Shown piece by piece: positions 25,127-38,599 of a stretch of 64,000 bases of DNA. How positions within the stretch are numbered: position 1 is the first letter of the stretch; each line of letters opens with the position of its first letter. The DNA is taken from the NCBI GenBank assembly GCA_030704615.1, contig CM060732.1, forward strand, positions 48,670,001-48,734,000. The letters are read 5' to 3'. The notes under the pieces are model-generated. The model saw only the letters and a program-made list of their open reading frames with translations, did not search any database and was not told the origin of the DNA. Made by a program: the position numbers and the translations under genes. This DNA comes from Takakia lepidozioides. Lineage: Eukaryota; Plantae; Bryophyta.

Positions 25127-26001
25127 ATTGAACTGCTAAAACTAGCTTGAAAACAACCCTAATTTTCAATTCAATTGAATTGTCGGCACAAGATTCAATT
25201 GAATTGCGAATTGGCAATTCAATTGAATTGTGAATTTGCAAATCAGTTGAATTGCCAATTCGCAAATCAATTGAATTGTAATCTATAATTTTTAACTTAT
25301 TTCTGTATATAATATATAATATATAAATGTATATGTATATATTCAAATTATACTTATACACATATAAGAGTATAAGCTAAAAATACATGTTGCCTGTCTA
25401 TTCTTGCTGCCCCTCTTTCTTGTGCCCTTGAGGAAATTGGGGAGTTGTGAAGCCAACCTCAGCCTCAGCCAGAAAGGGAGAGCTAGAGAGGGAGAGAGAT
25501 CGGCAGCTTCATGTGATTCAATGGCAAAAGAAACATGACTGGCCTTGAAAGAAACAGACAAAATCAAACCTGACAATTGTTGAAAGGCTTCCCCTGCATC
25601 ATCATGTAGTCCCCTAATACTAGTATCTGGCCGAGGACAAAGAAAACAAATGATAAGTTCATCTTGAGAATTATCAAAAATAATATTGTTTCGATACCCT
25701 TACAAAGGTATCATGTTGAAGTTGGGATGTGTGTTCCATATAAGTTTAATATATCAAACTCTTACAAGTTGATACTCTTACATTGGTATCATGTTTGGTA
25801 TATGTACAAAGGATTGACAGAGGGACAACAAGAATAGACGGGCAACATGCATTTTTAGCTTATACTTTTGTATGCATATATGTATAATTTAAATATGTAT
25901 ATATATATACAATATATACAGAAATAAGTTAAAAATTATAGATTACAATTCAATTGAATTGCAAATTAGGGTTGTTTTCAAGCTAGTTTTAGCAGTTCAA
26001 T
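25127..26001. mobile_element. Foldback / long-TIR non-autonomous element
   Basis: Arms ~25127-25418 and ~25820-26001 are reverse complements; the left arm has extra ~24-bp units built on the palindrome CAATTCAATTGAATTG; no TSD found. Confidence 0.75.
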
Positions 26002-26245
26002 TGAATTGCGCACTTTTAGGGGGGGTGATAAGTGAATTGCAATGCATTTCACATCAAGGCCTTTTTGGAATTCCCTAGGTCGGGGCCTTAGGCAGCCAGG
26101 CAGATCTACTGCCATGAACCCTATGCACGTAAAAGCAACCAACCATGCCACCAGTCGGCCATGCTCCACCGACGTGGGACGATCTATACATGGCTAACTC
26201 CACTTGGGATTACATGACGGGGTGTGTAACTGCCCAGAATTTTCC

Positions 26246-26420
26246 CAAGGTCCCTCCCTGATGGGAATATGCCTCAAAATACTCCCGCTCAAATTGGAAG
26301 AACATTCTGCAGATGGGACAAACTGAGAGATGACGTGGCAAAAAGTGGATGAAAATGTTAGCCCAAGGCTGGCAGTCCTTGAATCGTGGAATACCCTGGG
26401 GTAGGGGCCTTCCCCTACAC
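26246..26420. repeat. Dispersed repeat, inverted homolog at 62567-62791
   Basis: Shared blocks aaggtccctccctga, caaattggaagaacattctgca, aatcgtggaat, ttcccctacac. Confidence 0.75.
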
Positions 26421-28742
26421 AGAGTATATCTCCACTAACTCACACTTGGTCTCGAAATTTGACTAAGTTGGCTAAGTATAAAATGGACTTGGAAGAGTTA
26501 CACACGAGACACCGGGGTTACAAGAGGTTACACTGGTTGGGGTACCAATACAAACCAGTGTTGCGTGGACATTTGACTCAGCCTCAAACCCCCTCGTGGA
26601 TCCCAACCTAGATATATATATTTATATGTGGATCTACCAGAGGTCAAAAAATCAAATATCCGCCTCTGTTAAGAACCGCCAGATATGAGAACCGGTGGTT
26701 TTGTAATTCTTTTTATTGGATTTGAACCGAACTAGTGGTCCAAAAGAAGCAGGTTATGCACCCATATATCCAGCATTTACAACCGGAGTTATAATCGGGA
26801 TTATAGCAGATTATTAGGTTCACTTGACATAATCCAGGCTGGTCATAGTCATGAGCTGGCTTGTCTTCATTTCTACTCATCACGCTATGAAGGGTGGCGT
26901 TGTATTTATGAAAAGGTGGCGATTGTGGATCTTCTATGTTCTATCCTAAATAATTGTAACCATTTTTTCACTAGTATTTTTAATCCATTAGATTTTTAGT
27001 CTGGGTTATTTTAATTGAATAAAACAAACTTGGATTTGTTTGATATCCGGACACTGAACCACCAAAGGCCATCCCGACTTAAACTTCATTTGTCCATAAT
27101 CGCATAGGGTTAAATTTTGTATTTGTTGCCAACAGGCAGGATACCAGAAACAGGATAGCTCCAAAATGGAGGATGTGAACACAAAGTTAAAGTTAAACAT
27201 CCGTAACCGACTGATATAAAAAAAATCAAATAACCGCACAACCCTCGTACAAACTACAAACACTACAATAGCCTCCTGTCAAGAGACGAACCCCAAATCT
27301 CGCCGCCTATACTGCAAACACATCACCTACCAACAAGTTACCCACCACAACACAACAACTCCTTGGATTTTTAAGTATTTAATAGGAAAACCGAGGTAAG
27401 AGGGGTGGGGGATGATTCGACAGCCAGAGGAGCCCAGGCTGCCGGAATCCGGTGAAAGTACCGTCAGATGGCACGAGTGCATTAAGTTCTTACGTTATTC
27501 CTAGTGATTCCTAGACACTCTGGACAATTTACAGAATTTGTTTTCAAAAATTTAAAAAGAATACCATACGACTGGGAAAAAAAAAAAAAAAAAAAAAAAG
27601 GAGAACTAAACACTGATCTCCTGCAGACGTGGCGGTACACAATTTGTGGAAGCCCTATTTGTTGACCCGAATTGTCAGAGGATGTCCACGTCATATCCCG
27701 ATTCCCTGCAGAGCGGGCCAAGTCCCGGGCAGTTACGGCCGGAAGAGACAAGCGACGGAGGGAGAGAGACGGGGAGATGGCGTCTGGGCGCACGCGGCGG
27801 CAAGGCTGCTGTTTCCCTCGCTTTTCGGAGAGCCGGTCTCGGTTGGATCGGAGCAGGAAAACATGTTGCGATTTCTTCGGGGATTATACCCCTGTCTGTT
27901 TTTGGATTGTTCGCTCCCTGGAGCCAGATGTCTTGTGATGTGCCCTACAGGGCATCGTGCGGAACAGCGGGTAGGGGAGAGATGTTGAATGGAGCTCTCG
28001 AGCAGTATATATACTAAAGAAGCTCGAGAAGAGAAAGTAAGCTGGAGATCTTGGGGGCAGCAATAGGGAGGTGGACAGTTCTCGAGAGGTGGTTTTGCGT
28101 GTTGACTTCCAGACTGGGAGTTGTGGGTTGTGGAAAGAAAGAAAGAAAGAAACTGTATCGGTCTCCGGAAGCCCAGCTTGCTTGTGTAAAAAGAGAGAGA
28201 GAGAGAGAGAGATTATCTTGACGATGATGAGAAGGTTTGTTAACGACAAAGAACGGTGCGAGCAATTTTTCTGAGGCTTAAAGATTGAAGGAGGGAGAGG
28301 AAGGGTGGTGGCCATTGGTGCCGTCTAACAGCGCAACGATGAAAGTGCATGTGTTACTGCGTTTTCACTAATACACGTAATGTACATGTGAGATCGAAAG
28401 CGAGACTCTAATGTTGAAGGGTGGGAGAAGGGGCCCTCATCGTTGTGGTGATGGTCCTGTTGGTTGCTCATGCAGTCAGTTTATATTCGGAGTCTCTGTT
28501 TAAACGAGGGCAGTGCTGTTAAACGAGGGCAGTGTCACTGTCGATGACAAAGAATCGAAGTAATTTCTCTCGGAGTGTCGTATCAGTTGCAGTTCAATCT
28601 TTCTTGGCTATGTGATAATTGGGCAAGTGCTCACCCACCCACTCTCTCTCTCTCTCTCTGTCTCTCACAGAATCGAGGTGGCTTGAGCGGATTATCAATT
28701 GCCAAGAATTAAGCAAAGAGAGAGAGAGGGAGGGAGGCAGGG

Positions 28743-31712
28743 ATGCTGTCAGTTCGAAAACAAAACAAGCTTCTTTTAGGGAGTCGCAACGGACTCGTAG
28801 TAACACTGCCAACATTGCTCTCCCTATATTTGGGAGGAGCAGGTTTAGTTTTTTTGGTGTGCGTCCGCACCTTTGTAGCCTTCCATATGTATCTAATCTC
28901 TCCCACCTTATCTCTGAATGCAATATCAGACATAGCTGGATTTACTTCTCATGATAGAATGGAGCTCAATGTGCCTATACAATTTGCGAAAGAGTCAATT
29001 GAGTTTCTGCCTATCAAACAGAAAGAGGTGGAGTTTGTGGAGGCGGGGGAGAGATGGCCCGATGAAGGAAAACTTATAGGTGGCAGTACATGGGAGACCG
29101 AAGAAACAGGGGTTGCTACGGACATGAACAGTCGAATGTCAGAAGTAGAAAAGGAGGACGGTTTGAGACGTCCCTTGCATCTGGGAGCTAGGGATTTGAG
29201 GGAAGAGGAAAAGATTAAGGAACGTGGAGGATATGCCGGGCTTCAAAATAAAGATGGGGAGATTGGCGGCATTACAAGGGAGACAGTAGTAGAAACAGGG
29301 ACTGCTGCAATCGTAAGCAACGGAATGTCAGAGGTAGAAGAGGAGGATCGGGCCTTGCTACCAGGCATAAGAGATTTGAGGGAAAAAGAAAAGATTGAGG
29401 AAGGTGCAAGAGAGCCAGGAGTTCAAAAGAAAGATGAGACAAAGGGGATGAATGAACCTGCTGTAGGGAAACAGAGTACGGTTAAGATACTTGCACGTTG
29501 GAATGGTGAATTGGAGGGTGTGGACCTTCGGATGTTGCTACACGACCTTTCAGCAGGACAGCGACAAAAGTGGTTGAAGAAGAATTGGCCGAACTTTAGG
29601 ATCTTGCAATCAGATGCTATATCTGATAAGTTTTCTATCCGCATGAAGAGATTTTTGAATGGGCACAACGAAGAGCTTGGCAGGGGTGATGAAGCTGGAG
29701 AGAATGTTCAGTTTTTTAGGACATATCAGAAGGATAGAAGTGGAGGGGAAAGGGGGGTTGCAGTTGGAAATCCTCATATGAATTCTTCACATGGTGCTGT
29801 AAGAATACAAGCGTCTTCAGACTATCCATATGCACCAAGGGCAGTAGGGACGGAGTTACCATCCGAAGTGAAAGAAGTGGCCAAACGTAAAGAGAGCACA
29901 GTGGAAAGTGGCCAAACAACCAACTCACATGGTGAAGGGGAAGGCAATGAAGGAGTTCGGAGATTGAAGGAAGAAGAAAACTCTGAGAGAATTAGTGAGG
30001 GTGGAGGTAAGGTTAGGGAGAGTTTTGAGGGGGCTGTTCCAAGGGCAGGCTACAAATGTAGACTGCGGATATTTATGACTTGGATCTCCCCACTTAGCTC
30101 CTTTGGTCCACGGGAGCGTCTTTCTCTTGAAAGTGTGTTCAAATTGCATCCAACTGCGTGCGTCATCATACTTTCAAGGGCATTGGATACAGAAGAAGGT
30201 AGGGAAATTCTTCAACCCTTTGTGGAGAGAGGCTTGCGGGTTATGGCCGTATCGCCAAACCTTCATTATCTGTTCAAAGATACGCCTGCTGAACAGTGGT
30301 TTCATCAACTGAAGGAAGGACGTCAAGACCCCGGGGATATCAACTTCAGCCAAAATCTATCCAACATTCTACGCCTGGTGGCTCTCTATAAATATGGGGG
30401 CATTTATCTTGACAGCGATGTCATTGTCCTAAAAGATTTGTCTTCTCTTTCTAATGTAATTGGCGCTCAGAGTATTGATTCACAGACTGGGCAATGGAGC
30501 CGTTTAAACAATGCAGTGATGGCATTTGACAAACGGCACCCAGTATTGTACAAATTTATTCAGGAGTTTGCACGCACCTTTAATGGAAGCAAGTGGGGCC
30601 ATAATGGTCCATATCTGGTAACTCGTGTTGTAAAGAGAGTTCTGGATCGACCTGGTTACGCTGTCTCTGTTATGCCTCCCTCAGCTTTCTATCCAGTGAC
30701 ATGGGCACATATCGACACCTTTTTCCACACCGCCCACGACCAGATAGAAAGGAGGTGGCAGGTAATTCACAGCATACATATCTGAAAAGAATTCATATCT
30801 TGGTTTTGTTTTGTGGTTTTATCAAGCAGTTGAATGGAGTGCTCATCCTCCGGTGTTTGACACTTGTGACATCCTTGTTTGTGCTAGAAATTCAGGGAAG
30901 TAGGATCCAACTTGTAAGCAGAACCTCTTGCGAACTGAAACTTCTTAAGAGAGATTTGCAGGGTCTCATCCCTTCCTGTCAAGACTGTGAGACTGACATT
31001 TGGGAAGCAAGACTATAAAAGACTCTAATGTGACAAAATCTCTAACATCGATTCAACAGATTTGTGACTTCATTGGCTGGCTAACAAGTGGGGGTTAGCA
31101 TCCATCCAGATCACCTGAAGTCCTGGTAGAAATTTCTCGCACGGACACAACTGTGTCTTTCATATAGGGTTGGGATGTTGCCTCGTGTGAGCTTTAGCCT
31201 TTGTGAGAGACAAATGGGACCTGGGGGGGCCTAAGTGGGAAGAGATTTGACACAGGGGAAAAGGGAAAAAGCAACCGTGCTTGCTGAAGGACCTCCGACC
31301 CCATGCACACTACACTTGATGGCACATGAATAGAGGGAGAGCAGGAAATGACAGAGTTTCAGATATATTCATTAGCAGTTCCCCGTGAATAAAATTACAT
31401 TAGATACCTTATTAGACAATCTTATTCTTTCTCTGCAGTTACCTGGGCGCCAAGCTGGGTCTCTGGATGTTATAAGTATTCAACAGCAGATTCATTCATT
31501 TGGATTCAGTGATTTGGCATTGATTATGTCGGTTGTAACAGGTTGGAAAGATGGATTGGCTGGAGAGGGAGTCTTACACTGTCCATCTCTGGAATAGGGA
31601 GAGCCGCCGGCTTCAGGTTGAGAGGGGGAGCATTATGGAGCATATTTTTCAGGCTTGCTGCATCTTCTGCGATGAGCAACTCCATAATGCTGCCCTGCCA
31701 GGACAGTCCTAG
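28743..31712 (+). CDS. Alpha-1,4-glycosyltransferase family protein (GT32, Gb3-synthase-like), ~729 aa
   Basis: Exon 28743-30761 plus exon 31542-31712 (GT-AG, phase 0). N-terminal TM segment, FMTWIS, NLSNILRL..LYKYGGIYLDSDV (DxD), WGHNGPYL, HLWN, CCIFC; stop TAG 31710-31712. Confidence 0.92.
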
Positions 31713-34700
31713 GTTTGCTGCAGGAGATTGCTGGGTCAACAGTTAGGGCAAAGCACATACTAGAGGTGTTGAAGCCTGGTCTGATGCGCCAAGATTAAGA
31801 CTCGGACCATTTGACAGGACCTGTACGCTAACAAACATAACAGGTAACGGCTGTCTTTCGGTTTGTCGGGCAGAAATTGCCCCAAAGTATTGATATGAAA
31901 ACCCAGAGAGTTTGTTTGTTCAAGGTTGAAATTGCACACGCTAGAGAGGCTTCTCCAGAAAGTCCTTTGTCCTTTTTGCAGAGAGGACTCTCTGGTGTTG
32001 CATTCAGAATGAATATGCAGCTAAAAAGCACTGAGGTTGAAAGCCCATTGTCAAAAGATCTTTCCTAGAATTTGGGTCTGTAAAATATAATGGCAAACAC
32101 TCAACTGTCTTGTGTAATAGTCACCCACTTGATGAGATTGATTTCCAGCACTGATGCTACAGCGCTGTAGCTGTAAACAGACTCACACATTGGTTGTGTG
32201 AGTGGTTCCACGGCTGGTCATTTTCAAAGCAAAATGGGGGAAAAAGAGAGAGAGAGTCAAATTGTTGTTGGAGCCATGCTGCTTTCTGACGAGGAAGGAG
32301 CTGTGAATTTTAGATTCTTCTTGCCATAACAGTCAGTTATGTCGGGGAGGTGCTTATATGGAATGCAACCTCATTCATGCATTTGTGGGATAGCAATGGG
32401 GGGTAAATTTGATGAGAGACCACACCCTGAAGGGCTGTTTCTACGTTAGTAGGTTGCATATTCACTTACATGCATCCTTTTTTCCCTACCAAATAGCTTG
32501 AAACTGGAGCTGTGCCCCTTTGGTGAAGATAGTTCTATGTTATCTCATGTCATAAACTTGCTGTGTCTGAAGGAGGGATTTCAAATGGTCAGTACCCTTT
32601 AGGAGTTTTTGTTTCATTGACATGACACATTGTATGCGTTGCAGGGTCAACAATGAACTCAACGCCAACGACTGCGTTGAAGAGTAATGTCATCCAACAT
32701 GCGTCTGCTTCACCCATTTGCTGAGGGGGCATTGTGAGGAGGTAGTGATGATTAGTAGGAGAGGCTACATAAGTTTGGACCTCTTCAGCAGCAGCTTCAA
32801 CCATTCCTAGAACATAGGTTTCCTCAATAATACCCAACAATCCACATTGCAAGAGCAGGATCTTGTTAAGTGCTTTCAGCCGGGGCATGGACTATCTCAA
32901 GACTGACAATTTTTTATCAACCTTAAATGCAGCAAGGAGGTCACCGCCGGTGTAGCGAAGGCTATCAATTGCACACTGTCTGGGTAGCTCCACCGCATTT
33001 GCCAATCCTTGCACGTCATTCTGAAACACATGAAATTCCACATACACCTCTGTCCTCCATCATTTTTGCACCTTGGTCTTATCCAGTGTTGGACCGGTAT
33101 ATAGGTCATGCTGCAGGCCAAAAAATAACATTTGGCTTGCTACCGTTTGGCACTACTTGGTCTCATAGCAGTTCATACAAGATGTCCAGCTCCATGGTTC
33201 GGTCATCAAACAAACAGCCTTGGGTATTATGTCAACCACCAGAATTAATTGCATTGTCACATTTCAAAGACATGTTTTGAACAGTGCAACTAATAGGGAC
33301 TGATCTGTGTAGCCCACACACAGCCTCTCTCGCAGTCAATTGACTCAGCCAAACCCCCTGGGTGGATCTTTATCTCCTCAATGCTGTCCAGACAAATGAA
33401 CTCTTGTTAGCCGCTGTTTTTGCCTTGACAGTGAAGAATTCTGTCCTGCGCTAGGTCCTTAGACCAGTGTCAAAGTATGGGCAGGTGAACAATAAGCATA
33501 TGGATAGTCTGGCAGTAAGATCACTGTCCCAACACTAGAACCCATCCAATTGGCGACATTGGAATCGATTCATGAAGCACTACATTCATTTCCATATACT
33601 TGCAAGTGGAAATCTTTAACATTGTTTGGAAGCTCTTCAATGATTGAAATCTTCTCAATTTGGGCATTCTTTGTATGTTGTCATCCTCCAAAAAGTGCCA
33701 TCTGACATATTCCTTGTATCAATTTATCTTTCCCAGGTCCCTCTCTCAGAGCTTCAAGGCTGCATACAGAAAGCACCTATGTGGGTGGCTTCCCATATTC
33801 TTATGCTACAACAAACTGATTTCCAGCTCTATCAATGTTGGGCTCTTAAATTGTCCTTCGCTGATTCAGTGTGTGTGCCTTTTTTCCCATGAAAAATTCA
33901 CTAGGTAAAGCTGAGTCCGTCCCTTTTTCTTACTTGTCGTACTAACATTGAAGCTAACAACCAGGGCTTTCAGCCATTGCAGTTTTTTCTTTGTCTTTCA
34001 AAGGGAAGTTGGGAGCGACAGCTCACAATTCAGGCCCTTTACAGATCAGGAGGGGGCTGTTTTTAGTAGTCATGTGCATTAGAAGAAAAAGGTGAGGAAC
34101 TTTAGTGTTGAGCTTGTGGTATACTGGTGGTTTAATCCATCACCCATGCAATCCCTGTGTTAACCACTTCAATAAGCTTGATGGGTCGAAGGGGAAAGTG
34201 ATTAAGGCCATAACTCAACAATCATGTTAGCTTGGGGTGATAAATAATTTTTAGATCCATGGTTCTCCAAGATTCAGATCTAGGATGATGAATTCCAGCT
34301 TGTGTATCATTGCGCGGAGAATGTTTTTCAATCTACAGAATGTCATGGAGACACTAATATGAAAGTAAAGTCACCAAACACGTTGGTGACAACATCTGCA
34401 CACTCTGCTTCTGGTATATCTCCGACAAAACAAAACAAAGCAACACAGTTCTAGGTCAATTGTTGATTGCATGCTGCTTTCCCTATAACTAGGACGGTTG
34501 GTCACAATCTAAAGATCGTCTCCTGTTTCTTAGAAAAAGGAAAAAAAGAAAGATCATTTGATTTGAAGGTCACATCAACCTTAGAGTTAATCTACAGCTA
34601 GAGATCAGTACACACTTCTAGTGATTTGATCACTCCATTGCCGCACATGAACCAATCCTCATAGTTGCAACCCTCATAGTTGCCCAATTTCCGGAATACA

Positions 34701-35384
34701 TCCTACTCCTCCTAGCCAGCTTCTTCATCACCAGTGGACCTGTGCTTGTGGAGGGCTTGTGGAAGGAGCCCCTGATATTTTCTCCTTGCCCTTGCAGCGT
34801 GATCTTGTCTTAGGTTCCCGGCACTCCTCAGGCTGGATCTTGAACCTGTTCTGGAGAAGTGATCTCCACACCAACAGTGTCAACTCCAAACACGTGTGTA
34901 TACCAGCTGCGCCATATCTCACTCATCAATTCGCTCCACTCTCGCTCATGCGAAGACTGTTGAAGGTTGAGCAGCTTTTCTGTGCAATGTGGGAGAGTCC
35001 TTTGTAGCAGGTCCATATCTGTGCTTCTTCTCCTTCGATTCACAGATCTCCAGTCTCAATAGTCTTTTTTCATACAAAATCAAAAAGCCGCATGGTGGCC
35101 ATGGTGCTGCAACACCAACAACGAGACACACAGCAAGGAATGCAACAAGTGATGCGCACAGGAAAGGAAGGAGGGAAGGAGAGTACTGGTCCATCGGGTG
35201 ATTATCCAGGAGTCTCTCAGTAGGATCTAATAGTATCTAACGGTTCCTGTTGGTGGACATATTCACAGTTATTTTGTATCTATTTGCGAGGTAATATTAG
35301 TTTCAATTAATTTATTGATTATTTTTTACTTTGTAAAATGATGAATGTTCTCCTAATCAAGATGCCATGGCTTTTGAGAGGGCT

Positions 35385-35530
35385 TTTTTTCTTTTTTTTT
35401 CTTTTTTTTTTACAGGGGACAGAGGCCCTTCAATTTTTTATTAATAAAATGGAAAACAGTACAAAGAAGAGGAAAAAATAACCTCCTAAGGAAGCCCATA
35501 AAAGCATGATATTGCATGGGGAACCACCCA
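35385..35530 (-). mobile_element. Short LINE 3' end with poly(A)
   Basis: Plus-strand poly(T) followed by sequence similar to the L1 3' end at 58040-58160 (gaggccct, agtacaaa, aaaaaataacc, tattgca.gggaac). Confidence 0.55.
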
Positions 35531-37299
35531 GAACGAACAGGGATTAGTGGGTGGTCAAGTTATTTTACCACTAGTGTGAAACTAGCTAGGAAATAGTTAG
35601 TTTTTACATATTGACGTTTTGGGGATTGGCCCAAGTGTCAACCAGGGGTCAAGGCAGGATTTAGGCCCCTGGATTGGTTATCTTTACGGCAAGCGCGGGG
35701 AGGCTCATCTTTCTCGAGTTGAGACTCACCGCGCCTGCTATGGCGCCGTAGTGTGGGGATTCCCCATGGCGTGGGGTGCACTTGGCTTGACTTGTATTTG
35801 AGTGATGAGGTTATATATGCATGAGTTTATGCTTCAGCTTTGTGAGCTCACATGAACTTGTGCTTGTATTCGTCTTCTTTATATCACTCGAGAAAGATGA
35901 GCTCGTATCTATGAGTGCCAGATACGAGTTAGTTGTAGCAGTTGTGGTTTTTGCTTGAGGATGAGAAAAACCAGGTTGTTTGCAAGGAGCACCGTGGAGC
36001 CCTTGGTTGTTAAGAAGCGGAGGCGATGTGGGTTACGAGGTGGTAGACCTTGGCTTCGATCTTCAGCTTCAGAGATGAAAGCAACCATGTTGCAGGTAAT
36101 TCCAGAGCACTTGATGGTTTCATTTGTGCCATGCTGAGCAAGCACGATTGGAAGAGGACCAGTCAATAGTAGGTTATCGTGGCTTTGGTGGCAAAACTAG
36201 AACTGGACTTTGGGAATGCGAGCTTTTTATTGTGTGAAGGATTGAAGACCAGCGAAAGGGCTGATTTGGCTCGGGGGCAAATCAGTGCACTTTGTGGTAA
36301 ATGTTGAGATTGGGTTTCATCTCGAGCTTCAGCATTGAGAGGGCTCTTGTCATGGCAAGAGCAGGGCTGGAACAGAAGCTAAGAGGGTTGCGACAAGCCA
36401 TGGAATGTACCCTAGGGTTTCAGAGCTTGGAAGAAGAGCCTTGCACCACAAGAGGAGTGTCTTGTGGCTGGAAATGTAAGCCTTAGTGTTTCATATCTTG
36501 GCAAAGGCTGTGGAGTGCTTACTCTTGTCTTAGAGAGAGCAAGGATCCAATGAGCCAAGATAGGGGGCTGATACCACTCTTGTGTGAAGAGATGCATGTG
36601 TGGGAACATGCATGCAGCCCATTGAAGCTTCCATCTTCAAGCTTGGAGGTCAATCAAGAAGAGGGAGGGCTGACTTCTCTTATGTGAGGGCAAACGCATA
36701 TGTGGAGCATGGCTTTCAGCCCGTTGAAGGCTTGCATTTTCAGGTTTGGGAGTGCAAGAAAGGAATGAAGGAGTTGTTTTCCCTGTAGGGCATGTGTGGA
36801 GCCATGCTTCAGCCTAGTTAGGCATCCCTCTTTAAGCTTGGAGAGCTAGAAGAGAAGGTAAGGGGCTGATCTGCTCTTATGTGACAGTCCGAACCTGTTA
36901 GAAACGTGTTCTGAGTTGGGTTTCAACTACAAGCCTAGATAGAGCAGGGCTCTTGAAGTGGCAGGGGTAGGGGGCTGGAATAGGGCTCTAAGACACATTC
37001 TATGGCCAAGTAGAGCGCATGAATAAGTGCCTACTAGGGCTGGAAGTCAGCCATGTTGGTTAGTCGCCATAGGGATCAATGGCGCTGTTTTTGTGAGTTA
37101 AAATGATCTTATGCACTTAGTTTTGGTTGCAAACTCTTCCTTTGGAATTAGAGCTACTATTGGTGGTGTGTGGGGGCCAACAAAGAGCAAGAATACCTTG
37201 CTGATTTCCTCCAGCCGCCATAGCTCGGTGGCAACGAAAGTCCTAGAGTCCAAGAGACACAAACCCTAGCTTGAACTTGGCTAAACCCCTTGGAGAAAT

Positions 37300-37880
37300 G
37301 GCTAAACTGTCATGAGTGGCCACGGAGGGGGCTGTGAAGGGCTGTGGCGGGCTGTGATAGGCTGCGCCTGTGGCTGTGGGGTTGTGCGGGGCCTGTGATG
37401 GGCTTGTGACAGGCGTTGCGAGCTGTGATAGGCTGTGCCCTGTGGCCTGTGGGGCTGTGACGGGGCTGTGACAGATTGTGATGGGTCTATGAGGGGCTGT
37501 GACAGGCCTGTGGCCTTTGGGCTGTGACCCCCTGTGACCTGTGTAGGGCTGTGACATGCTGTGCCTGTGGCCTTTTTTGGTGCGTGAGGTGCTTGACCGG
37601 CTGTGAGGGAATGTGACAGGCTTGTGACCTGTGGCCTGTGGGGTTGTGACTGACTGTGATAGGCTGTGCCTATGGCCTTTGGGTCTGTGACGGGCTTGTG
37701 ACAGGCTGATACCATGTTGCCTGTGGGGCTGTGATGGACTGTGACAAAAGCTGTGACATGTGGTCTGTTTGGGGTGTGTACGGCTGTGACCTGTGGCCTT
37801 GGGGCTGTGAGGGGCTGTGACAGGCTGTGACCTGTGGCCTGTTGGCCTGTGTGGGGTTGTGACGGCTGTGACCAGTGGTC
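37300..37880. repeat. Degenerate GGCTGTGA/CCTGTGG low-complexity tandem array
   Basis: Dozens of CTGTG-based units; lies upstream of the gag remnant, probably within its LTR or leader. Confidence 0.8.
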
Positions 37881-38599
37881 TGTGTGTGCATGTCTGGTCT
37901 GTGGTTGCCCTTTTGACGTTGGACGGCTATGCTCTCTGTTGCGGCACTGGTGGACTGCTTGAGGACTAGATGCGGTCTTGAAGGCCAATTTTGAAGCTCG
38001 TGGAGAGCGGTTGAGGAGTATCTTCATGATATTTCCATGGTCATGCAAGGGAGGGAAGAAAGCGTAAAAAGATTGTTGGGTATGATGGCATGCCGGGGTT
38101 AGGCATTGTCTTTAGCTTCTCTTCCTCGTAGTTTTCCACCTCTCTTAGGCCAAGACCTTTCCTCCGTGGTGGAGGCAAAAGTCATCCGGGTTTGGGCTGG
38201 GGTGTCCTTGCGGGAGCAAAACCGTGGAGATGTTTTGGTGTGGGGGAGTTGTCGTTCTTTCTCTTGTGTTTGGATCCCTCCCTACCTTCATGCTTGACTG
38301 TGCGTCATGTTAGTTCGTGTGGGCGCTTGTTTTTATAGTTGATTGTCCGGATTTGATCCCCGGCCAGTCTAGAGCATGTTGTCGATGAGAGGCTGGTTGT
38401 TGGCCAGTCAAACCATCATTGTTTTTCCTTCTGTGGTGAGGTTTTGGAGGTGATGACCAGCCAACCATAGTAGGAGTGCTTGCGGTGGATGCAGGTGCAT
38501 GGTAGGCTATGTTAGGAACCTAGTAGTCCAAACCATAAGCCGCACCAGGTTTTTCTAACCCGGTTACCTTGTGGAGAGGGGGTTAGGGACATTTCATGA

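Noticed and set aside
27482-28315. ORFs in the GC-rich region upstream of the GT32 gene
   Set aside because: More likely promoter, 5' UTR and intron with GA microsatellites; no protein motifs.
36566-36577. tRNA-Met PBS on the minus strand (TGGTATCAG)
   Set aside because: Match is only 9 nt and I could not define an adjacent LTR or gag.
37243-38048. 248-aa and 104-aa minus-strand ORFs rich in S/Q/P/T/H
   Set aside because: Translations of the CTGTG low-complexity array.
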